Assembly: GCA_004431415.1 (NCBI GenBank)
Contig: QPMI01000693.1
Coordinates: 33,645 to 97,644 of the forward strand
From: Cyanophora paradoxa CCMP329
Taxonomy: Eukaryota > Plantae > Glaucophyta
Reading direction: 5' to 3'
DNA: 64,000 nt
How positions within the stretch are numbered: the first letter of the stretch is position 1; each line of letters begins with the position of its first letter. A program made the translations under genes and the position numbers. Of the stretch, positions 34,432 to 47,900 are shown one piece after another. Under the pieces are notes generated by a model. It made no database searches, was not told the origin of the DNA, and was given only the letters and a program-made list of their open reading frames with translations.

Positions 34432-35118
34432 TTAATATTTAAATTTCCAATTAAATGGGTGGTGGTCTCCTTCAAATGAATAAATGCACCATTTACACTT
34501 AGAACCTATAACAAAAACATTATATCATTCATACAATCTCAACATGTTCATATTTAATATTTCCCCACATTCCATACAGCACAGGCGCAGCCGAGGCAGC
34601 TTGTCTGACGACTTATAGCTGTTTTACGTAAGAAAACGCACCATATCAAATTAATATTATCATCGCATTTAATCCCACGGAACATTTTATTATTTTTCCA
34701 TGGAACTCCATTATAAATTCACACATATTATCAATATAAATTAATACATAATTTACAAATATTTAAAGTTAAAATGCATATTCATATTTTTCATATAATT
34801 ATACACGATAATGCGTAATATCACACATAGAGAAAGCCCGCGTTTTAAACTGAGGCGAGATATAATTTAGATTAGTTAAAGATCCACCTCAGATTAAAAT
34901 GATTACGATAGATTCGAGTGAATTGCATCGGAATTACAATTAAGAAAAATTTCAGTAACAATTTAATAGTAATATATACGAAATACACACATAAAAGACA
35001 ACAATAAAAGATAAATTTCACTTAAATTATCGTAAAATATAAAAGAAATATAGGTAAATTATTAACAAAATTTAATTTAACTAAGCCGAGGGGTAAAACG
35101 CGGGCTTTCTCTATGTGT

Positions 35119-35652
35119 CCGGTGTACGAAATCGAACACAGGGACGACATAAGCAGGGTTCGCAATGAACTTCGCAAGCTCTGGTGGGCGTTCGGCTCGC
35201 GCAAGAGCCCTATGACCTACCTACCCCAAGACGTTCAGAGGGTTATACTGGATCTCTTCCTGAATGCGGGCACTCGCATGGAGATCATCAATCGCCCGCT
35301 CAATATTTTGAAGCACTACTTCCAAGGCTTTGTCCACCACGCCAAAAACAAGGAGGATGAATGGGTGGTACCCTATGTCCCCCCATCGGATTTGATCCCT
35401 GAAGGATGGGACGAAGAACAACACAATATGGAAGAACGGTTCAAGAGATACAAGTATAGAAAACTGACGCCTGCCGGCCCACCGTACGGCCCACCGGCGC
35501 CCACGGCGGAGCAGCGCCAAGAGATACTGCGGGAGGGTCAGATTCGCAGGTGGATGGAGTACAGCAATGATCCGACGAGCTGGTCGCCAGACGAGGCCGA
35601 GCTGCGGAAGCGCGCGAGGTTGCCAGGCCCTCGGTATCCCGACCGCGAGTAG
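35119..35652 (+). pseudogene. 3' half of the interrupted ORF (reconstructed ~243 aa; weak F-box-like motif)
   Basis: PV-YEIEHRDD... continues the 5' half in frame and contains TYLPQDVQRVILDLFL. Confidence 0.8.
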
Positions 35653-35689
35653 GGGGTACAGGTAGAAATTCTCAGCGAGCCGCGAGCGA

Positions 35690-36406
35690 ATGTCGTACGG
35701 CGATCAGGAAGCGTGGTTCAAGCTACACCGCCTCTTTCCTGATAAATTCGGCAATGCGCGCTACCCCCTCAACCTAATGACACGAGTCAACCGGCGGACC
35801 AGGGAATTCAAAATCGAAGTGTTTTCATCGTCTCCCGAGAGCGGCCGCTCCGCGGACAACGACTCCATGGCATGGTTATACGGCTTCGTCCAGCCTCGCG
35901 TCGGCAATAAGCCAGCCACCGTCGAAATAGAAAGCTACTACAACGATTACGGGCCGCACGGGGGGTACGGGACGCCCGAGCAGAGGGATTCGATGCGGGG
36001 GGTGGGCAAAATCCTGATGCGGGCCGCTGTAGACGCACTGCAGCGCTCCGGGCTCATTAGCTCGTCGGACCCGGGCGAGCACGCGGTGGAGCTCAGGGCC
36101 CTCCCGGACGCAGTGGAGTACTACGAAAGGGAATTGAACCTGCGTAAGAGAAACCTCGACTATAAGCTGTCCCTAATACCCATGGAGGGTACGGTGCAGA
36201 ACATCATCGACAACACGTACAACGTGGCCGTTCGCTGGCGCAAAGCGGCAGCGGATCTCGTAAAGGGCAACTATAAGGACCTTGCAGACGAAGACAACCC
36301 CGTGGGGGAGTACATGGAACTGGCAAGCGGGAGCATCGTACCCCGCCGGAGGCCCCCAAGGCCCGACCCCGACCTCGAGTGGGGACCGTCGCACTTCGGC
36401 CAGTGA
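35690..36406 (+). CDS. GNAT-like acetyltransferase, intronless
   Basis: MRGVGKILMRAAVD (acetyl-CoA-binding motif A) and VELRALPDAVEYYE (motif B). Confidence 0.65.
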   Translation: MSYGDQEAWFKLHRLFPDKFGNARYPLNLMTRVNRRTREFKIEVFSSSPESGRSADNDSMAWLYGFVQPRVGNKPATVEIESYYNDYGPHGGYGTPEQRDSMRGVGKILMRAAVDALQRSGLISSSDPGEHAVELRALPDAVEYYERELNLRKRNLDYKLSLIPMEGTVQNIIDNTYNVAVRWRKAAADLVKGNYKDLADEDNPVGEYMELASGSIVPRRRPPRPDPDLEWGPSHFGQ

Positions 36407-36643
36407 GGGGGTACAGCATTCAGTTAGAGCCTGAGCGTAGTCAGAGGCCGGGAGGCCCCCCGGGGGGTACGTCGGCTGTTACTCCCCGCGTCGGTTAGTG
36501 CTAGCCCCCCTGTTAGTGCAGCGTGTACCTGATCGCAATATAACACCCGAACCTCCGTGACGCGTGACTCATCGAACCTCCGAGGGTTAACAATGCATTG
36601 ACAGCGAAAGGGCAAGCTCGAGAGCTCGACCTTTGGCAAGAGC

Positions 36644-38221
<1,578 letters not shown>

Positions 38222-41200
38222 GGCTGGCGCGGTCCGACGGTCGGGCCGGGCCGGAGCTGCGCGACGACGTCGACGGGCCGCTGACCGTCGCGAAGAACGC
38301 GTGCAGCGTCCGCGGCTGCGTCGCCGTCTAGCTGCTTGCCCTATATATATATATAGCTAGCCTTGCCCTTGCCCGACGACGCGGCAGGCGCGCTGGATCC
38401 GGAGCTGCTGCTGGCGCCGCTCATGGCGCGTACTTTCAAAGTTTCAAATCGCTGCTGCAGGCTGTCACAGTGTGCACGTGTGTGCTGCAGCTGTGCACAT
38501 TGCAGTGTGCGGCGCCGCGTCTAAGGTGCGCCTAATTATATATAAGGCCCCTGTGGGCTTGAGGCCGGCCAGCCTGGCAGTACTAGTACTAGTCGGGCCG
38601 GCCTGCGGCCAGCCTAGCCGGCCGGCTTGACTCCGGCCGGCCTATCGTCAGCCTAGCGGCTCGTTTCGAATTCAAGAATGTAGGCCATAGGTCCCCCCCC
38701 CGAAAGCATGACGGCCGGCAGGCCGGCCTAGCCGGCGGCCCCTGCCCTAGCCCTAGGGCGGCAGTAGTAGGGCCTAGGGCCTACCGTGTAACCGTTGAAC
38801 ACTTACTAAATTAATTAATGCGCCATTAATTAATGCGTGTAACACTTAATTAATGCGCCGGTACTTAAGTGCCCTACGGTAGGCCGGGCGTCCGACGGTC
38901 GGTACTACGGTAGCTAGCGCTGCTGCCGCCGCTGCAGCTCTGCGCACTGCGCATGCGCAGTGCGCAATGCGCAATGCGCATGCGGCAGCGGCGCAGCTCA
39001 CAGGCTAGTAGCGCTCCTCAGGGCGTACTAGTAGCCGTGTAGTAGGCTACTACTACCCGCCGAGTACCCGGCCTAGCCTAGTAGGTGTCTAAGAGGGCCG
39101 GACGGTCCGGACCTGCTCAAGCTATGGGTCCGAGGCTAATAGTCCTAACAGTCCTAAAACTTGGGTGGCCAAAGCCAGTGAAGCTTTTTAGCCTAGTAGA
39201 AGGGCGTCTGGGACGGTCCGCCGTGACGGTATGGCGCTTCAATTTCTCTCATCACTTTTGCAGCTGAACTTCGGAAGTTTTGCGAGATAAGCCGCTCAGC
39301 AGCACCGATATCTAGTTCGCGCATCCCGCTACAATGCCGACCCTCGACGTCAGCACTGATGTTGGCACTATCAAGCTTCAGGCACAAACAAAAGTAGGTT
39401 CGTATACAAACGAGATATTACGATAACCGATGATCGATCATCGGATCGGTTCACGGTTGCGTGTCTGAGACTGACATTCGAATTTCAAGGATATGACCCC
39501 AATTATCCTTCAAGGCTCTGCTGGACGGTACGCATGTCTCCTAGCGGTAGCGCGAGCGCGCTGGCATTTTAATATGTTCCGTGGATGACATGACCGCATC
39601 ATATGCATGTGCGCAGGGCGCGAACTGCACTGGCGATGCTAAGTATACTACTCACAGCGCGGGCCCCGACTTCTGGAAAGTGTAAGTGGATCTTCGATTC
39701 TTGATTTTTACATATACATGTCCATGCATGTACGTATATACATGTACGTACAGAATTCGGGGGCCTCTATATCTAAATCTCCTGCATGCGAATTTCGAAG
39801 TCAGCTAGCGCCACAAACATAGTCTATCTTTCATAAATATTCATCCGAACTCCGAATTGCAATTTCAAAAGTTTCAACTTCAAACTGACTGGCCATAAAC
39901 GTGTCGAATTCTCATGCACATGCACAGGTGCGCTCTCAACGGCCTCAAGTCCGCGATGGCTCTCACCAACAGGGGAAATGTCTGTTCCAATATCACCGAC
40001 GTCAAGCTCAACCCCACTGCCGTCGCCCTCGCTGAGTTGACCTCAACCATCACCGCCACTGTGTGAGCCCCCCAATGGACTCCGGGACACAACCGTTGAA
40101 CCGATCGATATAAACTGCGACAATCGCATTCTGACTCGGTGAGGATGTGCAGGGCGCAGCTGGACGAGTCCATCGCGGCGGCCGACGAGGCAGAGTTCGA
40201 GGTGCATGCACCCGCGCCGCCCGCGCGCCGCGGCGCAACTGATAATAAGCCCGGGCGCGCGGGGATCGGCTCGCAGGGCGAGGGTCTCGAGTTCGAGGAA
40301 GCGGAGCTGGACCTCGTGGAGGCGACCCTCGCCGCCGACCTCGAGGCCGCCGCCCTCGCCGACGCCTGATCACGGCACTGCGGCACGGCACGGCGGACGG
40401 CACCACTGGCCCACCAGGCCGCGATATCGCCGAGTCGACCGTCGGACCGATCGCGAGGTCGAGCGTCACGATATCGATCAGGGCCTGTTCGTGAACACGT
40501 GCACGTACACGTGTCTCTCCAGCTCACATTTTAGTAAATTATACAATCTGTCCAATACAGATTGCGAAACCCCCGAATACCCCATTAAAAAAAGATCGGC
40601 CCCGCACAAAGGTGTCGCAGCCTCGCATGCGCAGGGATGCAGGAGAGGCCGGCGAGCGCACTGCGGCAGATAAATTGCTAGTGCGGATCCCAGGCCTCGA
40701 TCTAGAACCAACCCTAGCCTCCCGGGGAGGGGTCCAAGGTCGCGAAAAAGGGGTGCCGATCGCGAGGGGTCCAAGGCCGCGGCCGGCGGGGGCCACGCGA
40801 CAGCCAGCCGCTCGAGGTGCGCCAGGGAACGCAGGAGGGGGCAGGCGGCGGCGATCGCCGCGGCGGCCGCCCGGTCGGCGCCGGCGTCGGCGCGAGCGAA
40901 GGAGAGGCTGAGGGAGCGCAGCCGCCCGAAGGGGGCGAGGGCGGCCCGCAGCTCCGCGGCCCGGGGCCAGGGATGCCGCGGGCCGGCGTCGCTGCGCCAC
41001 CTGCCGCCGAACCTGACGCTCAAACTCTCCAGACGGCTGGCGGGCGCCCCTGCCGGCGGCCGAAGCGCCCGCAGAACGCCGAGCAGGGAAGAGCTCGAGC
41101 GCAGGAGATCCTCCGTCGCCAGCCGGTAGGCGTTCAAGACCTTGCTGCTGCTGCTGCTGCTGCCGGGCGCGCGGGAAAGCTCGACGGAAACCTCGCGCAG

Positions 41201-42474
41201 CTGTGTCGGCTCGCTAACGACGCGGTGGATCACAGGCGATGGCGGCCTCGCTCGGGCCGAGGGCGAGCGAGCGCCGCGATCGCGACCTCGCTCGGGCCTC
41301 GCTCGGCTTCCTCCGCTCCCTCGCCCTGGGCCCGCGCGAGGCCGCGGCGCTGGCCGCCCTGGCGCCCCTGGCGCACCTCGAGCGGCTGGCTGTCGCGTGG
41401 CCCCGCCGGCCGCGGGCGGCTCGAGCCCGACCGACGCCGCCGCCGGCCTGGTTCCGTCGTACCCCTCCAGGGGCGTGGGCGGCTCGGCCGCCCTCCGCGC
41501 CCCGCCAAGCTCTTGCCTCGAGCGGCCCGGGCTAGCGCTGGAGCTGGCGCCGGGCGGTCCGCCTGCGCCCCCCGCGCCCCACGCGCCCTCGATCGCGAGC
41601 CCGATCTAAGCCACATCCGCGCAGGCTACAGCTCGAGGACGGGCGGCGTCGCGGCCTTTCTCAAGGGCGCCGGGGCGCGCCGGGCCCCCGCGGACTTGAG
41701 CCTGGCCGCCGAGCGGCCGCTGGAGGAGGCCGAGGCGGAGGCGCCGGCTGCGAGGGGGCAGCCACGCCGCTCAGCCACGCGGAGCCGGCGGAGGGCCGGC
41801 AGGGCGGCAAGGGGCGGGGCCATCGCCGCCCTGCCGTCCGGCCTCCGCCGCCCTTCGAGGTGCCTCCCGGATCAACGCGCCCCGGGCCCCCCTCCCTCCG
41901 CCCCTTCGAGGTACATCCCTTCCCGTACCCGCACAGAAAGCCTCTTCGAAGGCCCTGCGGGCGCTGCGGCGCGAGGCGGCGGTGCGGGTCGAGCTGCACA
42001 GCGCCGACATAGACGACCGGGCCTTCGCGGGCGCCAGGGCGGCCGTCGAGCGCGTGCTGGCGGTGCGCCGGCCGGCCCTGCACCCCGCCCTCGACTCCGA
42101 TCCGGATCCGGCCCCCCGGCGGCGGGCCCGCTGTCCGCGGCTTCGCCCCCACGGCTCCGCTCCGGAACGCAGATCTATATATAGCTCCGGCCCCCCGGCG
42201 CCGGCCGCGGGCCCCGTTGCCCCCGGGCCCTCTCCCTCGCGATCGATGGCTTTCCCCCAGATCTCCAACCCCGCCCTCCCCTCGCCGGCTTCCTTTCCTC
42301 TCCCCGCTTCCCTTTACCTTTCCGATTCGCGCGCTGGTCCCGTGCAGCGGCCCGAAACGCAGATCTAGAGTTCATTATTAAATTGTTAAATATATTATAT
42401 ATGATTAATCTCGGGGCCTGCAACCGGGCAGCTAAGCTTATAATTAAGCCAAGGCTGGGCGGCCGGGCCGGCGC

Positions 42475-43330
42475 CTAGAGCAGGGCGGGCTCCGCCTCGT
42501 CCTCGGCGAGGCAGAGGGCGAGGGCAAGCTCGTCGGCCGCCTCCGCCGCCTCGGCCCAAGCCCCGGCCGCGGGGCCGAAGTCGGTATCGGCGCCGGCGCC
42601 CTCCTCGGCGGGGAGGCCGTCGAGCGCCAGGCCGCCCCCCTCCTCCGGCTCCAGCTGCTGGCCCTCCTCGTCCACCTCGAGCAGCTTCTTGATCAGTTCC
42701 TCTGCGGCGATCATCGCGAGCACGTCGATTTCGGATTCGGAGGGCAGAAGAAGATCTAGAATTCGAAGACGCACGGGCAACGGTCTTGTGCGATGTGACG
42801 ACCGACGGACTCACCCCATCCTTGGTCAAAACCGTAACGATAGTCTGCGTGCGGCGCGGCTGCAGTCAGAGGTCGACCGCAGCCCGTCGCGTGCCTGGCC
42901 ATGGTCGGGCGTCGTGATCATGCGCACCTTGTTGGTCTGGGCGCTCAGCCAAGTCGTCGGCACTTTGCGGCCGATCGTCACCGCGGGCACCGGTCCGTTG
43001 GCGTCCGCGTACGGCGCTTCGGTCTTCAAATATATGTACTTCGTTGGGGTCGACCTACGCAGAGATGTCGATCAGAGGCGGAAGAAGCTTAAGCCGCTAA
43101 ATGTAAGCAGCTGCAGCTGCAGCTGAAGCGCGCGAGACAGGATCCGGAGCTCGAGCGTGCGCAACCAGTTGATGTTCATCCCGTAGGTGGCGAACTTGTT
43201 GGGGTCATTGACACCGGCTAAGAACTCCTGCGCCTGAAGTTTCGAGAACTCCGCCGTGGACGTCGGCACTCCAGGCAGCGCGGCGGAGCACAGCTTCGCG
43301 CCCAAAGTACTCCCCGTGGCAGTGATCGAG
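42475..43330 (-). CDS. Host spliced hypothetical gene fragment with acidic C-terminus
   Basis: Successive coding-like segments on the minus strand separated by intron-like gaps. No domain recognised. Confidence 0.35.
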
Positions 43331-43660
43331 GCGGCCTGGGCAGCGAACAGTGAGTCCTCATTATCGTTCCGAGGCGCGCGCGCGAACTGATGGCCCGGCC
43401 GCGGGCGGCCGGAAAGGGACGACAGGACGACGAATCCGGAGCTTTTATGGGCGCTCTAACTGCCGCGACGGGCGAGGGGCGGCTCAAGCTTCCTCTCGTT
43501 ACCGGCCTTTCCGACGCACCTTGACGTTGGGGTCTTTCAGCAAGAGGCTGCAGTAAGTGGACCAGGTCGTCATCTTTTCCTTTTTTTGTTCATAAGCTTG
43601 TACCCCCCTGGGGTGCGTGCGCCTTGTCTTCCGCCTTCCAGCCTCCCCAGCCTCAGCAGC

Positions 43661-44908
43661 ATGTATCCTGTCGTCGTTGTTGGCGCCTCAGCGGCCCGTA
43701 GCTCAGGTGGCGGGCCCGTCCGCGGCCCCTTGTCATCTCGCCCGACTTTCCAGCCTCCCGCGACGGCGCCCTCGTTCTCCCGTAGGTTCCCTAGTACCGT
43801 TGGGTCCGAGAAATTCCTGATTCGGTCGTCGGACGTGTACCTTTACAGCGTGACCTGGAGATATTTCAGCGTTACGGCCCCTCCTGCTCAGTCCGACGCG
43901 GCCCGCGCGCTCCGCGATGGCCCCAGCAAAGCCCAGATTCGCCGAGATATGACTGATTGCTTGTCTGGCCTCGACCCCGCCCCGGTTGTGACCAACTGGG
44001 GCAAGCGCGCACTTCTGCTGTCGGTTGAAGAGGCGCACACAGATGCAGCCCGCAAGCTGCTCCGTAGGTCGGCGTTGCAGCATTTAGCCAGCTTCGACCT
44101 CACACAGCTCGGGGCCGACAAGTTCAATGCCCCGCCGCCGCCTCCGGATTCGCAGCGCGACTCTGGTTATCGCGATCCCTCGGTCAGCTTCGGCCCTTTC
44201 CGCACAGTGCCCACCAACACTCGTGTCTTCTTCGAGTGGCTCGTCCAGCTCGGCTTCGTCCCGGGCAAGGTGCATGTCATCAAGTCAGCAAGCGTCTGGA
44301 CGAAAGTGTACCTCGACGAGGTCCCGCCCGTCGCCAGTCAGGCTCGCCTGCCTTTCTCTCATCAGTTCGGCAACGAGATCGTTCAGGTCAGCGGCAGCTG
44401 GGCGTTCTGCAATCGGAGGGGCTGCAACAGCGCGCAGCACTCCGAGCACGCCCCGCATACGCGCAAGGGCGTCACAGTCAACGGCCAGTCGCAGTCCGTC
44501 GAGCATTATAGCGGCCCGAACTGGACCGACCAGACCGGCCCCAGTGCCATCGTGCCCAAGGCGAACGACCCCCTCAACTTCGACATCGTCTTTCCGTGGG
44601 CGGAAGACCTGCAGCTCGCTCTGCAGGTTCGCTTCAGCACTTTTAGCTATAGATGGCCCCCTGGGTCTTTCCGGCCTCATAGGCCGCCACTCGCAATCGA
44701 TCCGCTTCTCGAGCTCATTCTCCTCTTTCTCGATCGTGCAGACTGCCGCTGCGTCCACCTCGGGGCAGGTGTGAGGTGCTCCGGGCCCCTGTCGATTCCC
44801 GCTGCGTTTCGCGGCGGGGCTCCTCCTTCGGCCCTCCCCTCGTCCCCGACCCTCGTTTTCTCCTCCAGCTCCCGGGCTCGGGCCCTCGAGCTGCACCACC
44901 CCCCGTAA
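43661..44908 (+). CDS. LINE ORF1 protein
   Basis: Long ORF upstream of ORF2 with a Cys/His cluster CNRRGCNSAQHSEH. Its TAA abuts the ORF2 ATG. Confidence 0.7.
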   Translation: MYPVVVVGASAARSSGGGPVRGPLSSRPTFQPPATAPSFSRRFPSTVGSEKFLIRSSDVYLYSVTWRYFSVTAPPAQSDAARALRDGPSKAQIRRDMTDCLSGLDPAPVVTNWGKRALLLSVEEAHTDAARKLLRRSALQHLASFDLTQLGADKFNAPPPPPDSQRDSGYRDPSVSFGPFRTVPTNTRVFFEWLVQLGFVPGKVHVIKSASVWTKVYLDEVPPVASQARLPFSHQFGNEIVQVSGSWAFCNRRGCNSAQHSEHAPHTRKGVTVNGQSQSVEHYSGPNWTDQTGPSAIVPKANDPLNFDIVFPWAEDLQLALQVRFSTFSYRWPPGSFRPHRPPLAIDPLLELILLFLDRADCRCVHLGAGVRCSGPLSIPAAFRGGAPPSALPSSPTLVFSSSSRARALELHHPP

Positions 44909-47900
44909 ATGACGTTTAGATTTCTTTCTCTCAACGTAGCAGGCAAATTAGATCGAGCTTTTAATGATGTGTTAGGTAAATCTTATCGCTCTTTTCTTTT
45001 TGATTGCCTCCGCGACAGCGCGAGGCATTCGGTTGTGTGCTTGCAGGAGACTCATGTTTCTTCTCCTTCTCTATCTAAACGCCTTGCGCGTGCTTGGGGA
45101 TCGACCCCTTCGTTTTGGTCTCATAACCCTAGCGGTCAAGCTACTCAGGGGGTCGCCACTCTCTTTCCTGGCGATTCCCCTTTTTCGATTCGACTGTTGA
45201 CTCCGGTTGATAGTCCTCGACTACAGCTTTTCGTATTCGAGACCAAATTCGGTCCCATTTATTTGTGCAATGTATATGCTCCTACTGATGATTCCGAGCG
45301 TCGCGGCTTCTATGACACTCTTCTATATACTCTTGAATCCGTGGTTCCCTTCGATGGCCGTCTCATTTTAGGAGGAGATTTAAATTTCCACGAGCTGCCC
45401 TCCGATGCTCCTGGCCCTAGTCGCGGAACCCTTCCCCCTGATGCCTTCGAGTTGATCCGGGCTCGTTATGGCCTTTTTGACGCCGGGCCTCGCGCTAGAG
45501 CTTGTTTTAAAACTTGGAGCCGGCCGCGGCCGGATGGGGGATCGATTGAGTCCCGTCTCGATTATTTTTTCCTCTCGTCCTCCCTCCGCGATTGGGCCGT
45601 CTCGCTAAGTCCGTGGACGGCTTATTCTGCAGTCGGCGAGCCGCGCAATTCTGATCATATTGGCATTTTTCTCACGCTTAAAGCTCCAGGGATTTCGCGC
45701 CGCGGCCCCGGTCGCTGGCGCATGAACTGGGCGGCGTATGGCAAACGGCCTGAGTATGCTGATCTCATTTCTGCTGTAATTCGTGACTGGCGTGCTGAGT
45801 GGCCCTTGGTTACTGATCGCGTCCGCCGATGGGACGCCCTCAAATCAGAGCTCCAGCGTCGCGTACGGGCCTGGGAGCTTGATGAGAAGCGCAGGCAGAA
45901 GGACGCCTACGTCTCTTCTGTTCGAGCTCTCGAAGCTCTCATCCGTCGCCACGCCGCTGGTTCTATTAACGATATCGCTTTCCGCTCACTACGCACCTCC
46001 ATGATGCGTACGTTAAATTCGCTTGTGTCTGACTATGCCAGACAACATTCGCGCAACGAAATTCGTTTCGCCGCGGCGCAAGATGGTCGATCTAGTAAAG
46101 CCTTTTTTGAACACTATTTGCCGGATTCGCATGCACGGTTTACCGAAGGGCTTCGGGCCCCGGACTCCGAAGGCCCGGAGGCCGCGTCGGACGACCCCTG
46201 TACTTTGCTTGAGATTTCTTCTGCCTATTACGCTCATCTATATGACGGTGCCGCAGCTCAGGCCGCGGTTGATCAGTCGCTGGCTGAGCGGACTGGCGTT
46301 GCCCCTCTCTATTCAACCCACCGCCTGCTCCCTACTGAGTCTGCGGATCTTGACTCTGACCTATCGCCTGGAGAGCTGCTTCGCGCTTTTAAGGAGATGT
46401 CTGGCGGCGCCAAGTCTCCTGGCGTCGATGGCCTCCCTGCTGAATTTTACGTTCGCTTTTTTGATGAGATTGGCCCCGACTTCTGTGCTTATCTCAGTGC
46501 TATGTATGAGTCCGGTCAGGCTTCTGAGTCCTTGCGGCACGTCCTTATTACTCCTATAACGAAGCCGTCAACGGACCCTACTTTGATTGCGAATCGCCGC
46601 CCAATCTCTCTATCTAATGTTGAGGAGCGTGCAGTTGAACGCGCCCTTTCCAACCGTTTAACACCACTCATGCCTGGCCTTGTATCCCGCTTTCAATCCG
46701 GCTTTATTCATCGTCGCTCCGCAGTGCACCAGGTCATGCTCGTTTATCTATTAATGCATTACGAGGGCGGTAATCCTGAGCTTGAACAACTTTGCTTCGG
46801 ATTTCTCGATTTTTCAAAAGCTTATGACCGCGTTAACTGGAGCTTCCTTTTTTGGTCGCTTGAACAGTTCGGCTTCGGATCTCAGTTTATCAAGTGGGTT
46901 CGCTTACTTTACTCTGATCTGCAGGGTTCTGTTCACATTAACGGCTGGACCTCGGCCCCTTTCCCCATTCGATGCGGAGTGCGTCAGGGTGGCCCCCTGT
47001 CTCCCTATTTGTATAATTTGTGCACGCACCTTTTAGCCCTTTTGATTAATGCTGACGTGCGTATACGTGGTGTCCGCCTTTCTCCTAACTCCCTATGTAA
47101 GGTACTCCAGTTCGCGGACGATACTGTTCCTTTAATCTCTTCTTTTGCCGAGCTAGCCTTTTGGAAAGAGTGCTTTGATAAATATTGCCGGCTGTCTGGC
47201 GCCCTTATTAATCTCGACAAATCTAACCTTCTTCCGCTCCGCGATATTCCTGCGGACGCGTGGCCTAGCGTCGAGGACTGTCCCTGGCGGCGCCTCCAGG
47301 TGACGGATCTCCCTCCCGCTGAGAAAATCCGCAAGTACCTGGGTTTTCCACTTGAGCCCGATCTGTCTCGCTTCTGGCGTAAGAAAAATGCTGCTCTTGA
47401 TATCCGTGTGCAGCAAGCGAAAACCTATCACATGCCGATGCGCTCCGGCGTGCTTCTTGCATGGGCAGTCTTTATTGGATCCCTTCATTATGCTCTGTAT
47501 TTGCTTGACCCCCCTGATGCCCAGTATTCTGCGTGGCAAGACAAGCTTCGTTCTTTCGCCGGCGTGAGCGGGCAACTTTCGAAGTATATTTCTCCTCTGC
47601 CGTGGCGTCAAGGTGGTCTTAACTGCCCTGATATTCGTGCTTTTTCTCTGTCGCTAAAAATGAAGTGGGTGGCCTTGTTGGCCGACCCGTCCTGCTCGGC
47701 TCCTTGGAAGGAGTACCTCTTGAGCAAACTGGACGCTCAGCTGGCGCCCTTTTCCTACGGCCCCGCCCTTATCTCGCTTCGTCTCCCACTTGACGGTCTT
47801 GACTTGCCTTCTATTTGGAAGCAGGCTTTCTCGGAGTGGTCTCAGCGCCAGGGCGTGTGTCAGCCTCATACCTCGCTCGAAGTTTTATCCCAATTGCAAC

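Larger units (their letters stand above)
12985..35118. mobile_element. Giant palindromic AT-rich virus-like/plasmid-like insertion (primase-helicase element) with 6-bp TSD
   Basis: Ends ACACATAGAGAAAGCCCGCG...CGCGGGCTTTCTCTATGTGT are exact inverted copies. CCGGTG flanks both sides (12979-12984, 35119-35124). There is an abrupt GC-to-AT shift, and the flanking ORF is restored in frame on removal. Confidence 0.95.
24753..35118 (-). repeat. Right arm of ~10.36 kb inverted repeat
   Basis: Begins GCGATATTTCC and carries the mirrored ORF set. Differences from the left arm are mostly 1-bp homopolymer indels plus a few substitutions. Confidence 0.95.

Noticed and set aside
12985-35118. Canonical Polinton/Maverick or virophage
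   Set aside because: No recognisable pPolB, rve integrase, capsid, protease or packaging ATPase. Only the 6-bp TSD fits.
12985-35118. Pure fold-back sequencing artefact
   Set aside because: The flanks are non-mirrored and collinear with a TSD and a restorable ORF, and the centre holds a unique complete gene. Read-level confirmation is still needed.
35290-35460. Similarity of the interrupted ORF to the YqaJ C-terminus
   Set aside because: Only scattered matches by eye; not supportable without a profile alignment.
40817-42184. Long Arg/Gly/Pro/Ala-rich ORFs here and throughout 51356-64000
   Set aside because: These are stop-poor shadow frames of very GC-rich DNA, or frames overlapping spliced genes, with no domain motifs.
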